NCBI GenBank assembly: GCA_044350895.1
Contig: JBILGT010000002.1
Coordinates: forward strand, 36,554 to 100,553
Reading direction: 5' to 3'
Origin: Limisphaerales bacterium
GTDB taxonomy: Bacteria > Patescibacteriota > Microgenomatia > UBA1400 > PJMF01
Length of the DNA stretch: 64,000 bases
The translations under genes were made by a program, and so were the position numbers. Below the pieces are notes generated by a model. It was given only the letters and a program-made list of their open reading frames with translations. It made no database searches and was not told where the DNA came from. How positions within the stretch are numbered: position 1 is the first letter of the stretch; each line of letters opens with the position of its first letter. This document shows, piece after piece, positions 35,985-46,400 of the stretch.

Positions 35985-38048
35985 ATGCCCAGTTTATCGT
36001 CGTTACTTCCAACGCTTCCGTTTCCATTTGGCCAAAAGAAAAAGCCTGAGAATTCGCCATCACCAGAGGAGCTGCAGGAACAGAAAAACTTGGAAAAGTT
36101 ACAACAGTTTTCTCGAGGCCTAGTTACTATCCAAGATATCATTGCTCCTGAAGCTATTGAGGTTGATTTTACGTATCAGAAAATCAACTCTACCTATACT
36201 AGAACTCTGTTTGTAGCTGGCTATCCCCGAACTGTCCCAGCCAACTGGCTCGCGCCACTCATCAACTACCCACATCAGATTACAACTTCAATGTTTATCT
36301 TTCCGGTAGATTCAGCTGAGATTCTCGATAACCTCAAACGCAAAATCACTGAAATGGAAGCTGAAATTCAATCAGATTTACGTGCAGGTAAGATTTCAAA
36401 CATTAATACCGAAGTTAAACTAGAAGACGCACGATTCATTCGCGAAGAACTAGCAAAAGGTGCGGAGCGGTTTTATCAATTTGGTCTGTATGTCACTATT
36501 CAAGCCAAAGATAAAGAAGAACTCGATAAGATCACTAAAAGCATTCAATCAACACTCGGTTCTCTCTTAATCGTATCCAAGAAAGCTACGCTGCAAATGG
36601 ATGAGGGATTTAAGACAACGTTACCAATGGGAGTTGATAAGTTGCTCGTCACTCGAAATATGGATACCACGTCACTCGCAACAACATTCCCGTTTACTTC
36701 ATCTGAACTTACGATGGAAACAGGCATTATGTACGGCATTAATGAGCATAATGACTCGCTCGTTATCTTTGACCGTTTCAAGATGGAAAACGCCAACATG
36801 GTTATCTTTGCTAAGTCAGGTGCTGGAAAATCTTACACCGTCAAACTAGAGATTTTGCGCCAGCTTATGTTTGGTGCTGAAGTGATTGTTATGGACCCTG
36901 AACATGAGTATGAAGATATGTCTGTAGCCGTAGCTGGAACGTACATTAATTTTACTTTTAATTCTGAAACAAAGATCAACCCTTTTGACCTCGCCAATCT
37001 CTATGAGGAAGGTGAAAATGAACTTGGGCAAAAAATTATTTCATTACATGGTCTTCTCAAAGTTATGTTGGGTGATATGACACCACAACAAGATGCTTTA
37101 CTCGACCGCGCCTTGGTAGCAGCTTATAAAGCTAAAGGCATTACTCCAGATCCAGCAACACAAGTCAACGAACCACCACTCATGGAAGATGTCTATAAAG
37201 CTTTGATTGGTATGGAAAATCGAGATGCTGATGATATTTCAGCCAGACTAGAAAAATTTATCACAGGTTCATTCCGAGGAATTTTCGATCAAAAATCAAA
37301 CATTGATATTAAAAGCCAATTAACGGTCTTTTCAGTTAAAGAAATGGAAGAAGAGATGCGTCCAATTGCGATGTACATCATCTTGGACTTTATCTGGACT
37401 CGTATTCGCAAAGACCTCAAGAAGCGCCTTCTTATTATTGATGAGGCCTGGTACTTTATGAAGCATCCTGATTCAGCTTCATTTATCTACTCAATGGTAA
37501 AGCGTGCTCGTAAATATTACTTGGGTATTACCACCATCACGCAAGATGTTGAAGACTTTTTGCACACAGATTACGGTAAAGCAATTGTGACAAACGCTTC
37601 CATCCAGTTTTTGATGAAGCAGTCTACAGCGTCAATTCCGGTTCTTGCAGAAACGTTCTATCTTTCACAAGGTGAACGACAACTGCTCGTCACAGCAGAT
37701 GTTGGTGAAGGAATTTTCTTTGCAGGGCAAAATCACGTTGCGCTTCGTGTTGTGGCTAGTGAAGAAGAACACACCTTAATTACAACCAACCCTGAAGAAG
37801 TACTACAAAACCGCCGTGTTGCAGAACAAACCAGAATTCAAGCTGCAACTGATTTGGCTGAGAAAAAACCATCATATCCGATGCCACCACGACAGCCTGC
37901 TCAAAGAGAACCAGCTGCACAAGCTGCAATGCCTGCCGTCTTAGTCAAAACAGCTGATACAACTTCTGCTGCTGCGACTGGTCGACCACAGTACATGCCA
38001 GATTCAATTGATAATTACAAACCACCTTCTAAACCAATCAAACAATAG
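35985..38048 (+). CDS. virB4: type IV secretion ATPase VirB4 (Gram-positive TcpF/PrgJ/TraE-like)
   Basis: N-terminal 'IAPEAIEVDFTYQKINSTYTRTLFVAGYPRTVPANWLAPL...SMFIFP', Walker A 'FAKSGAGKSYT', Walker B 'LLIIDEAWYFM'. 687 aa. Confidence 0.8.
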   Translation: MPSLSSLLPTLPFPFGQKKKPENSPSPEELQEQKNLEKLQQFSRGLVTIQDIIAPEAIEVDFTYQKINSTYTRTLFVAGYPRTVPANWLAPLINYPHQITTSMFIFPVDSAEILDNLKRKITEMEAEIQSDLRAGKISNINTEVKLEDARFIREELAKGAERFYQFGLYVTIQAKDKEELDKITKSIQSTLGSLLIVSKKATLQMDEGFKTTLPMGVDKLLVTRNMDTTSLATTFPFTSSELTMETGIMYGINEHNDSLVIFDRFKMENANMVIFAKSGAGKSYTVKLEILRQLMFGAEVIVMDPEHEYEDMSVAVAGTYINFTFNSETKINPFDLANLYEEGENELGQKIISLHGLLKVMLGDMTPQQDALLDRALVAAYKAKGITPDPATQVNEPPLMEDVYKALIGMENRDADDISARLEKFITGSFRGIFDQKSNIDIKSQLTVFSVKEMEEEMRPIAMYIILDFIWTRIRKDLKKRLLIIDEAWYFMKHPDSASFIYSMVKRARKYYLGITTITQDVEDFLHTDYGKAIVTNASIQFLMKQSTASIPVLAETFYLSQGERQLLVTADVGEGIFFAGQNHVALRVVASEEEHTLITTNPEEVLQNRRVAEQTRIQAATDLAEKKPSYPMPPRQPAQREPAAQAAMPAVLVKTADTTSAAATGRPQYMPDSIDNYKPPSKPIKQ

Positions 38049-38151
38049 CTTTTCCTACTTGCGTGCTGTGTAAAACACTGTGTATAACTATGTGACTCGT
38101 CTAACGATTTAAGTAATCTGGGTCTAATTTTTCTCTGGAGATGTTCTTTTT

Positions 38152-39675
38152 ATGCAGCAATCAACACTTTCTAATGAAGAAGTTTCTACAATTTGGCAAC
38201 AGTACTGCAACTTACTCCAAAAAGAGATGTCTTCTGCAGTTTACAACACGTGGATTCTCTCAAATCCCATTACAGAAATTGAGGTTATAGATGACACAAA
38301 AGCCGTTGTCACCATTACTAGTCCAACAGCTTTCCACTCCACAAACCTCAAAAAGAACTTACATATGCAAGTCAAACAAGCATTAGATGTTCTTCTACAA
38401 AGAAATTGTGAAGTTTCATATTTAGTGGGTGATCCACAAAAGAAACGAGAAACTCCAAAAGAACCTGCTACAGGATTCACACAAGTGGTTTCAGCTTCGT
38501 TTACACAGCAACAGTTTGCAGCTACTTCTACTCCACCGGCATTTGCCAATCACACACAAAACCAATCCCCGCGGGTTGAAGATTTATTTTCTGAGAATAC
38601 GATGATGAATGCAGCAGAAGAACGTATTCAAATGCAAGCGCGCGGCATTGGTTTGAGAATTGATTACACCTTTGCCACGTTTGCAGTCTCCACCACCAAC
38701 GAAATGGCACATGCAGCAGCTACAGCAGTATCAAACAGACCAGGTCAGTCATACAATCCACTCTTTCTATATGGTGGTGTGGGTGTCGGCAAAACGCATC
38801 TCATGCACGCGATTGGCCATAATATTTTGAGAGCAAATCCGAATGCCAAGATTATCTACTGTACTGGTGAAGAGTTTACCAATGACATTGTGCATGCCAT
38901 TCAAACAAAAAAGGCTAGCCACTTCAAAGATCGCTATAGATCAGCAAATGTTTTATTAATTGACGATATTCAGTTTATTGCTGGTAAAAACGCTGTCCAA
39001 GAAGAGTTTTTTCACACATTTAACGCACTTACCAAGCAATTTAGCCAAATAGTGCTTACTTCAGATCGGCCACCTCACGAAATAACATTACTTGAGGATC
39101 GGCTGAGATCACGCTTTGAAGCTGGACTGATGATTGATATTCAACAACCATCATTTGAATTAAGAACAGCAATAGTCCTAGTAAAAGCCAAAGCACAACA
39201 AATCGCAATCACCATAGATCTTGCAAAAGTGATTGCTTCAAAAGTCGAGAGTGCCCGAAAGATAGAAGGCATTATCACGAGTATTCGATCCGAAATTGAA
39301 CTTAAACACCGAGAGCTCAACCTAGAATTGATTGAAGATATTCTGCAAGTAGAAGTCGAAGTTAAACGACCTCGGATAAAAGTTGCTCCTGCTGATGTCA
39401 TTAAAACTGTGGCTAATCACTATCACGTTAAGCAGTCATCATTAAAAGGTTCAAGTAGGCTTAAAAGTCTTGTTACAGCGCGTCATATCGCGATGTATTT
39501 ACTCAAAAAAGAGCTTTCTTTACCACTCACCGAAATCGGTCGTTGGTTTGCAAGTCGTGACCACACTAGTGTGTTACATGCAGTGAAAAAAGTCGAAAAA
39601 GATATGGCGCTCAGTGATGAATTGCGTCAGGATGTGTCAGCACTCCAGATGACATTGGCTGCGATTTCAAAATAA
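38152..39675 (+). CDS. dnaA: chromosomal replication initiator DnaA
   Basis: Walker A 'LFLYGGVGVGKTHLMHAIG', 'LLIDDIQFIAGKNAVQEEFFHTFNAL', C-terminal domain IV 'TARHIAMYLLKKELSLPLTEIGRWFASRDHTSVLHAVKKVE'. Confidence 0.92.
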   Translation: MQQSTLSNEEVSTIWQQYCNLLQKEMSSAVYNTWILSNPITEIEVIDDTKAVVTITSPTAFHSTNLKKNLHMQVKQALDVLLQRNCEVSYLVGDPQKKRETPKEPATGFTQVVSASFTQQQFAATSTPPAFANHTQNQSPRVEDLFSENTMMNAAEERIQMQARGIGLRIDYTFATFAVSTTNEMAHAAATAVSNRPGQSYNPLFLYGGVGVGKTHLMHAIGHNILRANPNAKIIYCTGEEFTNDIVHAIQTKKASHFKDRYRSANVLLIDDIQFIAGKNAVQEEFFHTFNALTKQFSQIVLTSDRPPHEITLLEDRLRSRFEAGLMIDIQQPSFELRTAIVLVKAKAQQIAITIDLAKVIASKVESARKIEGIITSIRSEIELKHRELNLELIEDILQVEVEVKRPRIKVAPADVIKTVANHYHVKQSSLKGSSRLKSLVTARHIAMYLLKKELSLPLTEIGRWFASRDHTSVLHAVKKVEKDMALSDELRQDVSALQMTLAAISK

Positions 39676-39943
39676 CCCAGGAGTTTTTCACACCTGTTGA
39701 AAACTTTGTGAATAACTTATGCATAACCTAGTGGACAGAATGTGCATGATTTTTACTGAATGTGTGCAACAGAAAGTTACTCACACAGCTGGACACAGCA
39801 ATTCACATTAGTTATTAACATTCACAAGCGGCGTGAGTTCACATATAATCCACAGTATTGCAACCAGATCAGAAAGCCGTCCTTTTCAACAAAGCGCAAC
39901 TAGCCTACTATTACTACAACTAAATTTATATATATAAAGTTTT
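39676..39943. promoter_or_regulatory. candidate oriC (dnaA-dnaN intergenic): degenerate DnaA boxes plus AT-rich unwinding element
   Basis: TGTGAATAA (39707-39715) and TAATCCACA (39846-39854) are each one mismatch from TTATCCACA/TGTGGATAA. AT-run 'taaatttatatatataaagttttat' at ~39920-39945. An additional TGTGTATAA lies upstream of dnaA at 38079-38087. Confidence 0.5.
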
Positions 39944-41053
39944 ATGCAAATTGTCGTATTACAAGAAAATTTACAGCACGCACTTAACTATATTCAAAAG
40001 GCAATTCCCGCTAAAGCACAGCTTCCCGTACTCTCTTCCATTCTCATAACAACAACAGAATCAACCTGTACTATTGGAGCAACTGATTTGTACTTTGGGG
40101 TGAGAGCTACAATGCCAGCTCAAATTGAAACTTCCGGAACAGTCGCTGTACCTGGTAAAGAGTTTAGAGAGATAATTGGTTCGCTTCCAGCTGGTGAAAT
40201 TAAACTAAGTTTTACTGCAAGTACCTTGACAATAGTTGCAGGGAGAACGACCTGTACACTCCAGTGTCAAGAAAGTGATGAGTATCCCCCATTCCCTCAA
40301 GTCACCGGTGAAGTTGCAACACTATCCACCAAAATCCTCGAAACGATTTCCCAAGTGGTCCTCTATAGTGCGTCAAACGATCAAGCTCGTCCATTACTCA
40401 CAGGAGTTCTCTTCAATTTAACCGCAGAATCCACCCGAGTTGTCACAACTGACGGATTTAGATTATCAATTGCTGATTTTTCACCAATGCCTGGACAACA
40501 ACCGATTCAATTCATACTGCCCGTTCGTGCCGTCAGTGAAGTTTGTCGTATAGCTGCCCAACTAAAGAGTGAAACTGTTGTTTTCACTGTTTCAAGTGAG
40601 TTGAAGCAGGTTTTTATTACCTTTGATGGCATTGAAGTATATGCCCGAGTTCTAGAAGGTGACTATCCCCCATATGAAAAGATAGTCCCTGCTCTCTTTA
40701 CAACAGAAGTGGTTCTATCTAGTGATGAACTACTTGAACAGGTAAAACGAGCTACAATCTTTTCAAGAGACACATCAAGTATTGTGCAACTCGAAATTAC
40801 TCCTGAAAAAGTAGTCGTAAAGGCAGCCTCTTCAACACTCGGTAACTATTCAGGTGAAGTGGGTAATGCGCAAATCACCGGAAGCGGTGGTACTATCGCA
40901 TTTAAATCAAAGTATATTCTCGACTTTTTACAAGCTGCTAAGCAAACTGAAGTCTGGTTTGGCATGAGTGATAGTTTAAAACCAGCGATGTTTCAGTCAA
41001 AAGAACTAAATGGATATAGATATGTAGTTATGCCATTCCGTGTAACGACATAG
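39944..41053 (+). CDS. dnaN: DNA polymerase III beta sliding clamp
   Basis: '[35 protein letters not shown]', position immediately after dnaA, 369 aa, three-domain length. Confidence 0.9.
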   Translation: MQIVVLQENLQHALNYIQKAIPAKAQLPVLSSILITTTESTCTIGATDLYFGVRATMPAQIETSGTVAVPGKEFREIIGSLPAGEIKLSFTASTLTIVAGRTTCTLQCQESDEYPPFPQVTGEVATLSTKILETISQVVLYSASNDQARPLLTGVLFNLTAESTRVVTTDGFRLSIADFSPMPGQQPIQFILPVRAVSEVCRIAAQLKSETVVFTVSSELKQVFITFDGIEVYARVLEGDYPPYEKIVPALFTTEVVLSSDELLEQVKRATIFSRDTSSIVQLEITPEKVVVKAASSTLGNYSGEVGNAQITGSGGTIAFKSKYILDFLQAAKQTEVWFGMSDSLKPAMFQSKELNGYRYVVMPFRVTT

Positions 41054-41076
41054 TCTGCTATAATACCTTTTCTGTT

Positions 41077-41214
41077 ATGACAAAACGTACCTGGAACCCA
41101 AAAAAGAAAAAACGAGCTCGTAAACACGGCTTCTTAAAACGCATGCTATCAGTTGGTGGCAGAAACGTTTTAAAGCGTCGTCGTGCAAAAGGTCGTCAAC
41201 GACTTGCTGTCTAA
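41077..41214 (+). CDS. rpmH: 50S ribosomal protein L34
   Basis: Translated by hand: [45 protein letters not shown]. Below the ORF-track size cutoff. Confidence 0.85.
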   Translation: MTKRTWNPKKKKRARKHGFLKRMLSVGGRNVLKRRRAKGRQRLAV

Positions 41215-41220
41215 ATAGTA

Positions 41221-41553
41221 ATGCTTGCAAAACAATTTAACTTTAAGCTTCGTTCAGATAGAGAGTTTTTCTCCAACGCTTCCAAAACTCGATTACATCC
41301 GTTTACTGTATTCTTGCAAGAAGTACCTAGTTCTTTTGCTATTACTATTCTCGTACCAAAGCGCGTAGTTGCGCTTGCTACAAAAAGAAATAGAATAAAA
41401 AGGCTTTTGTATCAGGAATTACAGAAGCATCTGGATGCTTTACAAGAACTGCATCTGCACTGTGTAATTGTTCTACAATCTCAAATTCCAGATCAAAAAG
41501 TGAGCATAGCTGTTGATAAATTAAAAATGTATCTAACAGCGGTACGGGCATGA
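41221..41553 (+). CDS. rnpA: RNase P protein component
   Basis: Position after rpmH. 'KRNRIKRLLYQ' RNR-type motif. Confidence 0.75.
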   Translation: MLAKQFNFKLRSDREFFSNASKTRLHPFTVFLQEVPSSFAITILVPKRVVALATKRNRIKRLLYQELQKHLDALQELHLHCVIVLQSQIPDQKVSIAVDKLKMYLTAVRA

Positions 41554-41741
41554 AATTACTAGAAAAACTATATATAATTAGTAAAACAGTACGATATATA
41601 TTTCTTTTTTCTGTATTTGGTGTTGTTAGTAAATGTAAACATACACCTACTTGTGGACACTACTTTGTCCAAACAATAAGAAAAGAAGGAATTTTACAAG
41701 GAATATATAAGGGAGTACCACGTATAATAGCCTGTTACTGA
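41550..41741 (+). CDS. yidD: membrane protein insertion efficiency factor YidD
   Basis: 'CKHTPTCGHYFVQTIRKEGILQGIYKGVPRIIAC' matches the C.F.PSCS.Y....G...G......RI.RC pattern. 4-bp overlap with rnpA. Confidence 0.75.
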   Translation: MKLLEKLYIISKTVRYIFLFSVFGVVSKCKHTPTCGHYFVQTIRKEGILQGIYKGVPRIIACY

Positions 41742-41754
41742 GGAGCAATACCGT

Positions 41755-42519
41755 ATGCAACCAATTATTGATGTCATATCAAACTTTATACTTTTTCTCT
41801 ATCAGCTTACTGGCAATTTAGGTGCTGCGTTAATCCTCTTCACACTAGCCATTAGGTCAGTTCTCTTCCCACTCACTCTTTCTTCACTGAAAGCTGGCAA
41901 TAACATCAAAAAATTACAACCAGAATTAAAAGAATTACAGAAAAAACATAAGGGCGATAAAACTGCTATGCAGCAAGCCCAAATGGATTTGTATAAAAAA
42001 TATAATGTAAATCCCCTAGCCGGCTGTTTACCACAGTTACTACAAATTGGTGTGCTCATTGTTTTATACCAAGTATTAGTAGAGTTTTTAGCTCAATCAG
42101 AAATTCACGGAATTCAAATTAATCCATCATTTTTGTGGCTACAACTCAATCACCCAGATCCAACCTACATTTTGCCGGTTCTAGCTGGTGTCACTCAATT
42201 AATACTTTCTCTCATGATTGCTCCTGGTGCCGAAAAGACTGATGAAGTTCCAAACCAGAGTAAAAAGAAAAAGGTTCAAGAAGAAAACAAAAAAGAAGAA
42301 GATTTTGCTGAAATGGCGCAATCTATGCAGCAGCAGATGATTTTTATTATGCCTGTAATGACTGGTATACTAGCACTTCAGTTTCCAGCTGGTTTGTCAC
42401 TGTACTGGGTAATCACTACCCTCTTTAGCATTGGACAACAGTGGTATGTTTCTGGCTGGGGTGGCTTAGTCATGTACTTACAAAGAATACAAAATGTAAT
42501 GACACAAAAACGTGTTTGA
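41755..42519 (+). CDS. yidC: membrane protein insertase YidC (short Gram-positive type)
   Basis: 'RSVLFPLTLSSLKAGNNIKKLQPELKELQKKHKGDKTAMQQAQMDLYKKYNVNPLAGCLPQLLQIGVLIVLY'. Conserved rnpA-yidD-yidC-jag order. Confidence 0.85.
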   Translation: MQPIIDVISNFILFLYQLTGNLGAALILFTLAIRSVLFPLTLSSLKAGNNIKKLQPELKELQKKHKGDKTAMQQAQMDLYKKYNVNPLAGCLPQLLQIGVLIVLYQVLVEFLAQSEIHGIQINPSFLWLQLNHPDPTYILPVLAGVTQLILSLMIAPGAEKTDEVPNQSKKKKVQEENKKEEDFAEMAQSMQQQMIFIMPVMTGILALQFPAGLSLYWVITTLFSIGQQWYVSGWGGLVMYLQRIQNVMTQKRV

Positions 42520-42997
42520 AGAAAGGAATAGTATGACAATTGATACATTTGTTCGCAATTTATGTGAACACTGTGGAGTTGATTCAGAAGTTTTAGAAGT
42601 TTCTGTTGAAGATTCTTCAGAAATGATGATGATAACCATTTCACTTCCAGAAGAAGATTCTGGTCGTTTTATTGGTTTTCATGGAGAAACACTTGAGTCA
42701 ATTCAACGAGTGCTTCGGGTGATCTTCTCTGAAGAATATCCTGAAAAGAAAATTGTGCTCAATATTAATGAGTACCGCCAAGAGCGTGAACGTAAATTAC
42801 AAGAATTGACAAAAAATGTGGCGGAGCGTGTTCTCGAAACAGGCCAAACCTACACATTCCAGTCTTATTTACCTGCACATGAGCGTTTTGTTATTCACTC
42901 AACTCTAGGTGAGCTTCCAGAAAATGAAAAGCTTGAAAGCGTCTCAACTGGTGAAGGCAAAGAACGAAGATTGAGTATTCGCATGAAAGCGGAATAA
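42512..42997 (+). CDS. khpB: Jag/KhpB (KH + R3H RNA-binding protein)
   Basis: Overlaps the yidC stop. The R3H-like C-terminus is 'ERFVIHSTLGELPENEKLESVSTGEGKERRLSI'. Confidence 0.7.
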   Translation: MFEERNSMTIDTFVRNLCEHCGVDSEVLEVSVEDSSEMMMITISLPEEDSGRFIGFHGETLESIQRVLRVIFSEEYPEKKIVLNINEYRQERERKLQELTKNVAERVLETGQTYTFQSYLPAHERFVIHSTLGELPENEKLESVSTGEGKERRLSIRMKAE

Positions 42998-43000
42998 TCT

Positions 43001-43417
43001 ATGGATATTCAGATATTCACTGATGGTGGTTCACGAGGAAATCCCGGTCCTGCAGCAATTGGTGTTGTCGTCAGATCAGCTGATGAAGCAACGCTTTTTG
43101 AAGTTGGGAAAACCATTGGTGTCGGAACCAACAACGAAGCTGAGTACCAAGCATTTCTACTTTCACTAGAATGGCTAAAATCCCAAACAACTGTGTCTCA
43201 AATTACTTCAGTTACCTGGAAACTTGATTCCAAGCTTGTTGTAGAACAACTCAACAAAAAATGGAAAATCAAAGAGCCACGAATGCTACAGTACGCGCAA
43301 AATTGCTGGAAAGACTTGAGTGCTCTGACTCATAAATATGTGATCACACATATTCCTAGAGAACTCAATTCCCAGGCAGATGCGCTTGCTAATCAAGCCT
43401 TAGATACACAAGTATAG
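43001..43417 (+). CDS. rnhA: ribonuclease HI
   Basis: 'IFTDGGSRGNPGPAAIGVVV...NNEAEYQAFLLSLEWL...ITHIPRELNSQADALANQAL'. Confidence 0.85.
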   Translation: MDIQIFTDGGSRGNPGPAAIGVVVRSADEATLFEVGKTIGVGTNNEAEYQAFLLSLEWLKSQTTVSQITSVTWKLDSKLVVEQLNKKWKIKEPRMLQYAQNCWKDLSALTHKYVITHIPRELNSQADALANQALDTQV

Positions 43418-43472
43418 ATTGTTTGACCTATACGTATCCAAAATTCTTTCTTAGAATAGAACGGGTATACGT

Positions 43473-46400
43473 ATGGCACTGAATCAATTTACTACTGAAT
43501 TTTTCGAAACAGACATAACCATTGTTGTTTTAGACACAACAAATATTTTTGCCGAGCATTTTCAGACAATTCTTGAAAGTAAAAATTTGCAGGTTTCCAT
43601 TTTTGGAGCTGAACCAGATCTCATTGCTACCAAAACTGATCTACTTTCCACCGCGTATAAAATAATTCTCTGTCTCTCACCCGCTGCTTATCCTGATTCT
43701 TTTGAAGAACTACTGCAATCATTACAACCATTTCAAGAAAAATTGGTTGTAGTAATGCCAATTATTAGTGGAACTCAACTGCAAGTTCCTGGAGAAATTC
43801 CTTTTTTCACTGAGTTTTTAAGTTCTCAAAGGAAGGTGTTGTCAATTTGTAATGATATTTTGCCTCAGTCAGCTTTTATTTTTGGTCAAGACCTGATAGT
43901 TCAGCCTGGAGAAGGACTACTTCTAGACTTGTTTTCACAGCAAATCCAAAAGGGATTTGTGTTTGCTCCTACTGTTTCTTTTTCACCACACACACTTCCT
44001 GCTTTTATTGAAGCTGCCACAGAACAACTATTTCAAGCATACAGAACGAGTACTGTAATTCGAGGTCGAACCAAGGCTGCTTTAAAAATAGCTCAAAAAA
44101 TCAGTCACCAATATGAAGGTTACTATTTTTGCGATGTTGCGCTCCAACCAGTGGATGCCGTTGAAGTTGAAACAATCCCTTTCACTGTCAAAGAAGTGGT
44201 TGTATCAGAAGAAGATGACGCTGTAACAGCTTGGTATACCAAACAACTTCCTTCACCAGAACAGCCCCCGTTTTTTAATGCCGCACAACTATCATTTTTA
44301 GGAACCCACCAAGAAACAGATATCCCAAACACACAATTACCGCCTGCAAACTATCCTTATCAAGACGTGACTTTGGAAGAAATGCCATCTCTAGAACCAG
44401 AAGTTCCAGACGAACTTCTCCCAGCTATGCCAGAAGAAATCGGACTAAGAACACAAGATATTCCTCAAGTAGCACTTACCCCACCGGAAAACGAAACGGC
44501 GATGCCATTCTCTAATACGCCAATTAAAATTCAAAAAATTGATTTTAATGTCAGTTCAGAAATTCAGCGTATTTTTGCCGAAACACGCCAAGAAAAAAAG
44601 ACTGAACGAGTTACTTCTCTCGTCAAAGCTCAAACACGTATTAAAAAAAAGTCAAAAAAAAGAACAACACTTTTTTATGGTGGACTAGCATTTACTGGTA
44701 TGGGATTGGGTGTGTTACTACTCATGACTGTTTTTATGATGAGTTTTTACCTACTCAAGAACTCGCTGCTTTCAGTTATGGCAGCTACAACGAGAAATGA
44801 ACCAATCGCCGCGTCACAGTGGAGTCGGCTGAAAGGTTTTACTAGACTGGTTGCTGCTCAAACCACTAGTTATAAAGCCATTGTAAGTTTGCCACAAATT
44901 GAAGAAGCAGAACACGCAGTCACTGTCAGTAGAAAATTAAGTGAACTTTCCCAGAATCTTTCGGTGAGAGATGAAGACCTTAAAAGCTTAGTTTTAACTG
45001 TATTAGGTAGTCATACTGGTAACATAGACGAACTAGCCGAAAATGTGGGTCGTGAATCACTCACAGCGCACGAAAACCTTGAAACAATAGAAAACGAATT
45101 GAGTCAGATAGAATTTTCAGATTCAGGTTCTGTAGATGAGTTGGTAGCAACATATCAAAAGCAAGTTGAAGACCTTAAAAAACAATCCTTTGTTCAACAA
45201 CAACTCCAGCCCATCCTGCACCCGGTTTTTGGACAGTCACAAAAAAGAACATATGCAGTTCTCTTCCAGAACAACCAAGAATTACGACCAACGGGTGGCT
45301 TCATTGAGGCAGTGGCATTGCTCACTTTCGACAAGGGATCACTCATAGATCACAGTATCTATACATCCTACGAAGTTCATAAGAAATTGCCTGGTGAAGT
45401 CACCGCTCCGGCTGAACTTACAAAGGCAACTGGCGAAAAGGTATATTTCTTCCATGATTCAAACTGGAATCCAGATTTTCCTAAAGCAGCAGATCAAGTT
45501 AAGTGGTTTGTTGAAAAAGGGTTTAACACCAAAATTGATGGCGTTATTGCTGTAGATTTATATGGCATTCAGAATATTCTCGAATCAACTGGACCACTAG
45601 ATCTGCCTGAATACAATGAAGTTATTACCAGTAAAAATCTACTTGAACGAATGGAGTTTCATTCTGAAGTGGTGCTGGTTGAATCAGCTAAAAACCAGGA
45701 CTATCGTAAGTTACTCTTCTCTCGTCTCCTTGAAAAGGTACTTGCTCTCCCCGCTGAAAAAGTTGCTTCGTTCTTAACTGCACTTCAAACCTCTTTCTCA
45801 CAAAAAGATGCGCTTATTGCACTTTCTAATCAAGATGAACAGCAGCCGTTTCAGAGCCTTGGCTGGAGTGGAGCTCAAATTGTGCCACGCTGCCCAAGTG
45901 AGTTCTCTGGCAGTTCTTGTCTGGTTGACCCATTTATGCAGGTGGAAGCAAATGTTGGTGTAAATAAAGCAAACTACTACTTAAAAAGGAGTATAGATCA
46001 TACTATTTCACTGTCCTCTACCCTTGCTGCTCACCGAAGAACTATCAACTTTGAAAATACCGCGCAACTTGATGCTTGGCCAAAAGGTCCATATAAAAAC
46101 TACATGAGATTTTACTTACCTGCCACCGCTTCCAAACCCACAATTATGGTGGGTGGTGCTCCCCTAGCTGATGCACAAATTACAAAAACTCAGGAAAATG
46201 GACAGACAGTACTTGGTTTTATGGTTGAAGTCCCTATTCAATCCAAAAAACAAGTTGTGCTCGAATACTCAATTCCGCTCACCACCACAAGTGAGGCTGA
46301 CTTTTCATATCTGTTCTTCAATAACAAGCAACCAGGCACAGGTGAAACACCATTCCTCTTGAGAATACTCCCTGCCCCATCTCTACGCCCACAACTAATT

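Noticed and set aside
27606-38048. Possibility that the region is a prophage (tape-measure-like giant M23 protein)
   Set aside because: I recognised no terminase, portal, capsid or integrase genes. The VirB4 ATPase and pilin-type genes point to a secretion or pilus system instead.
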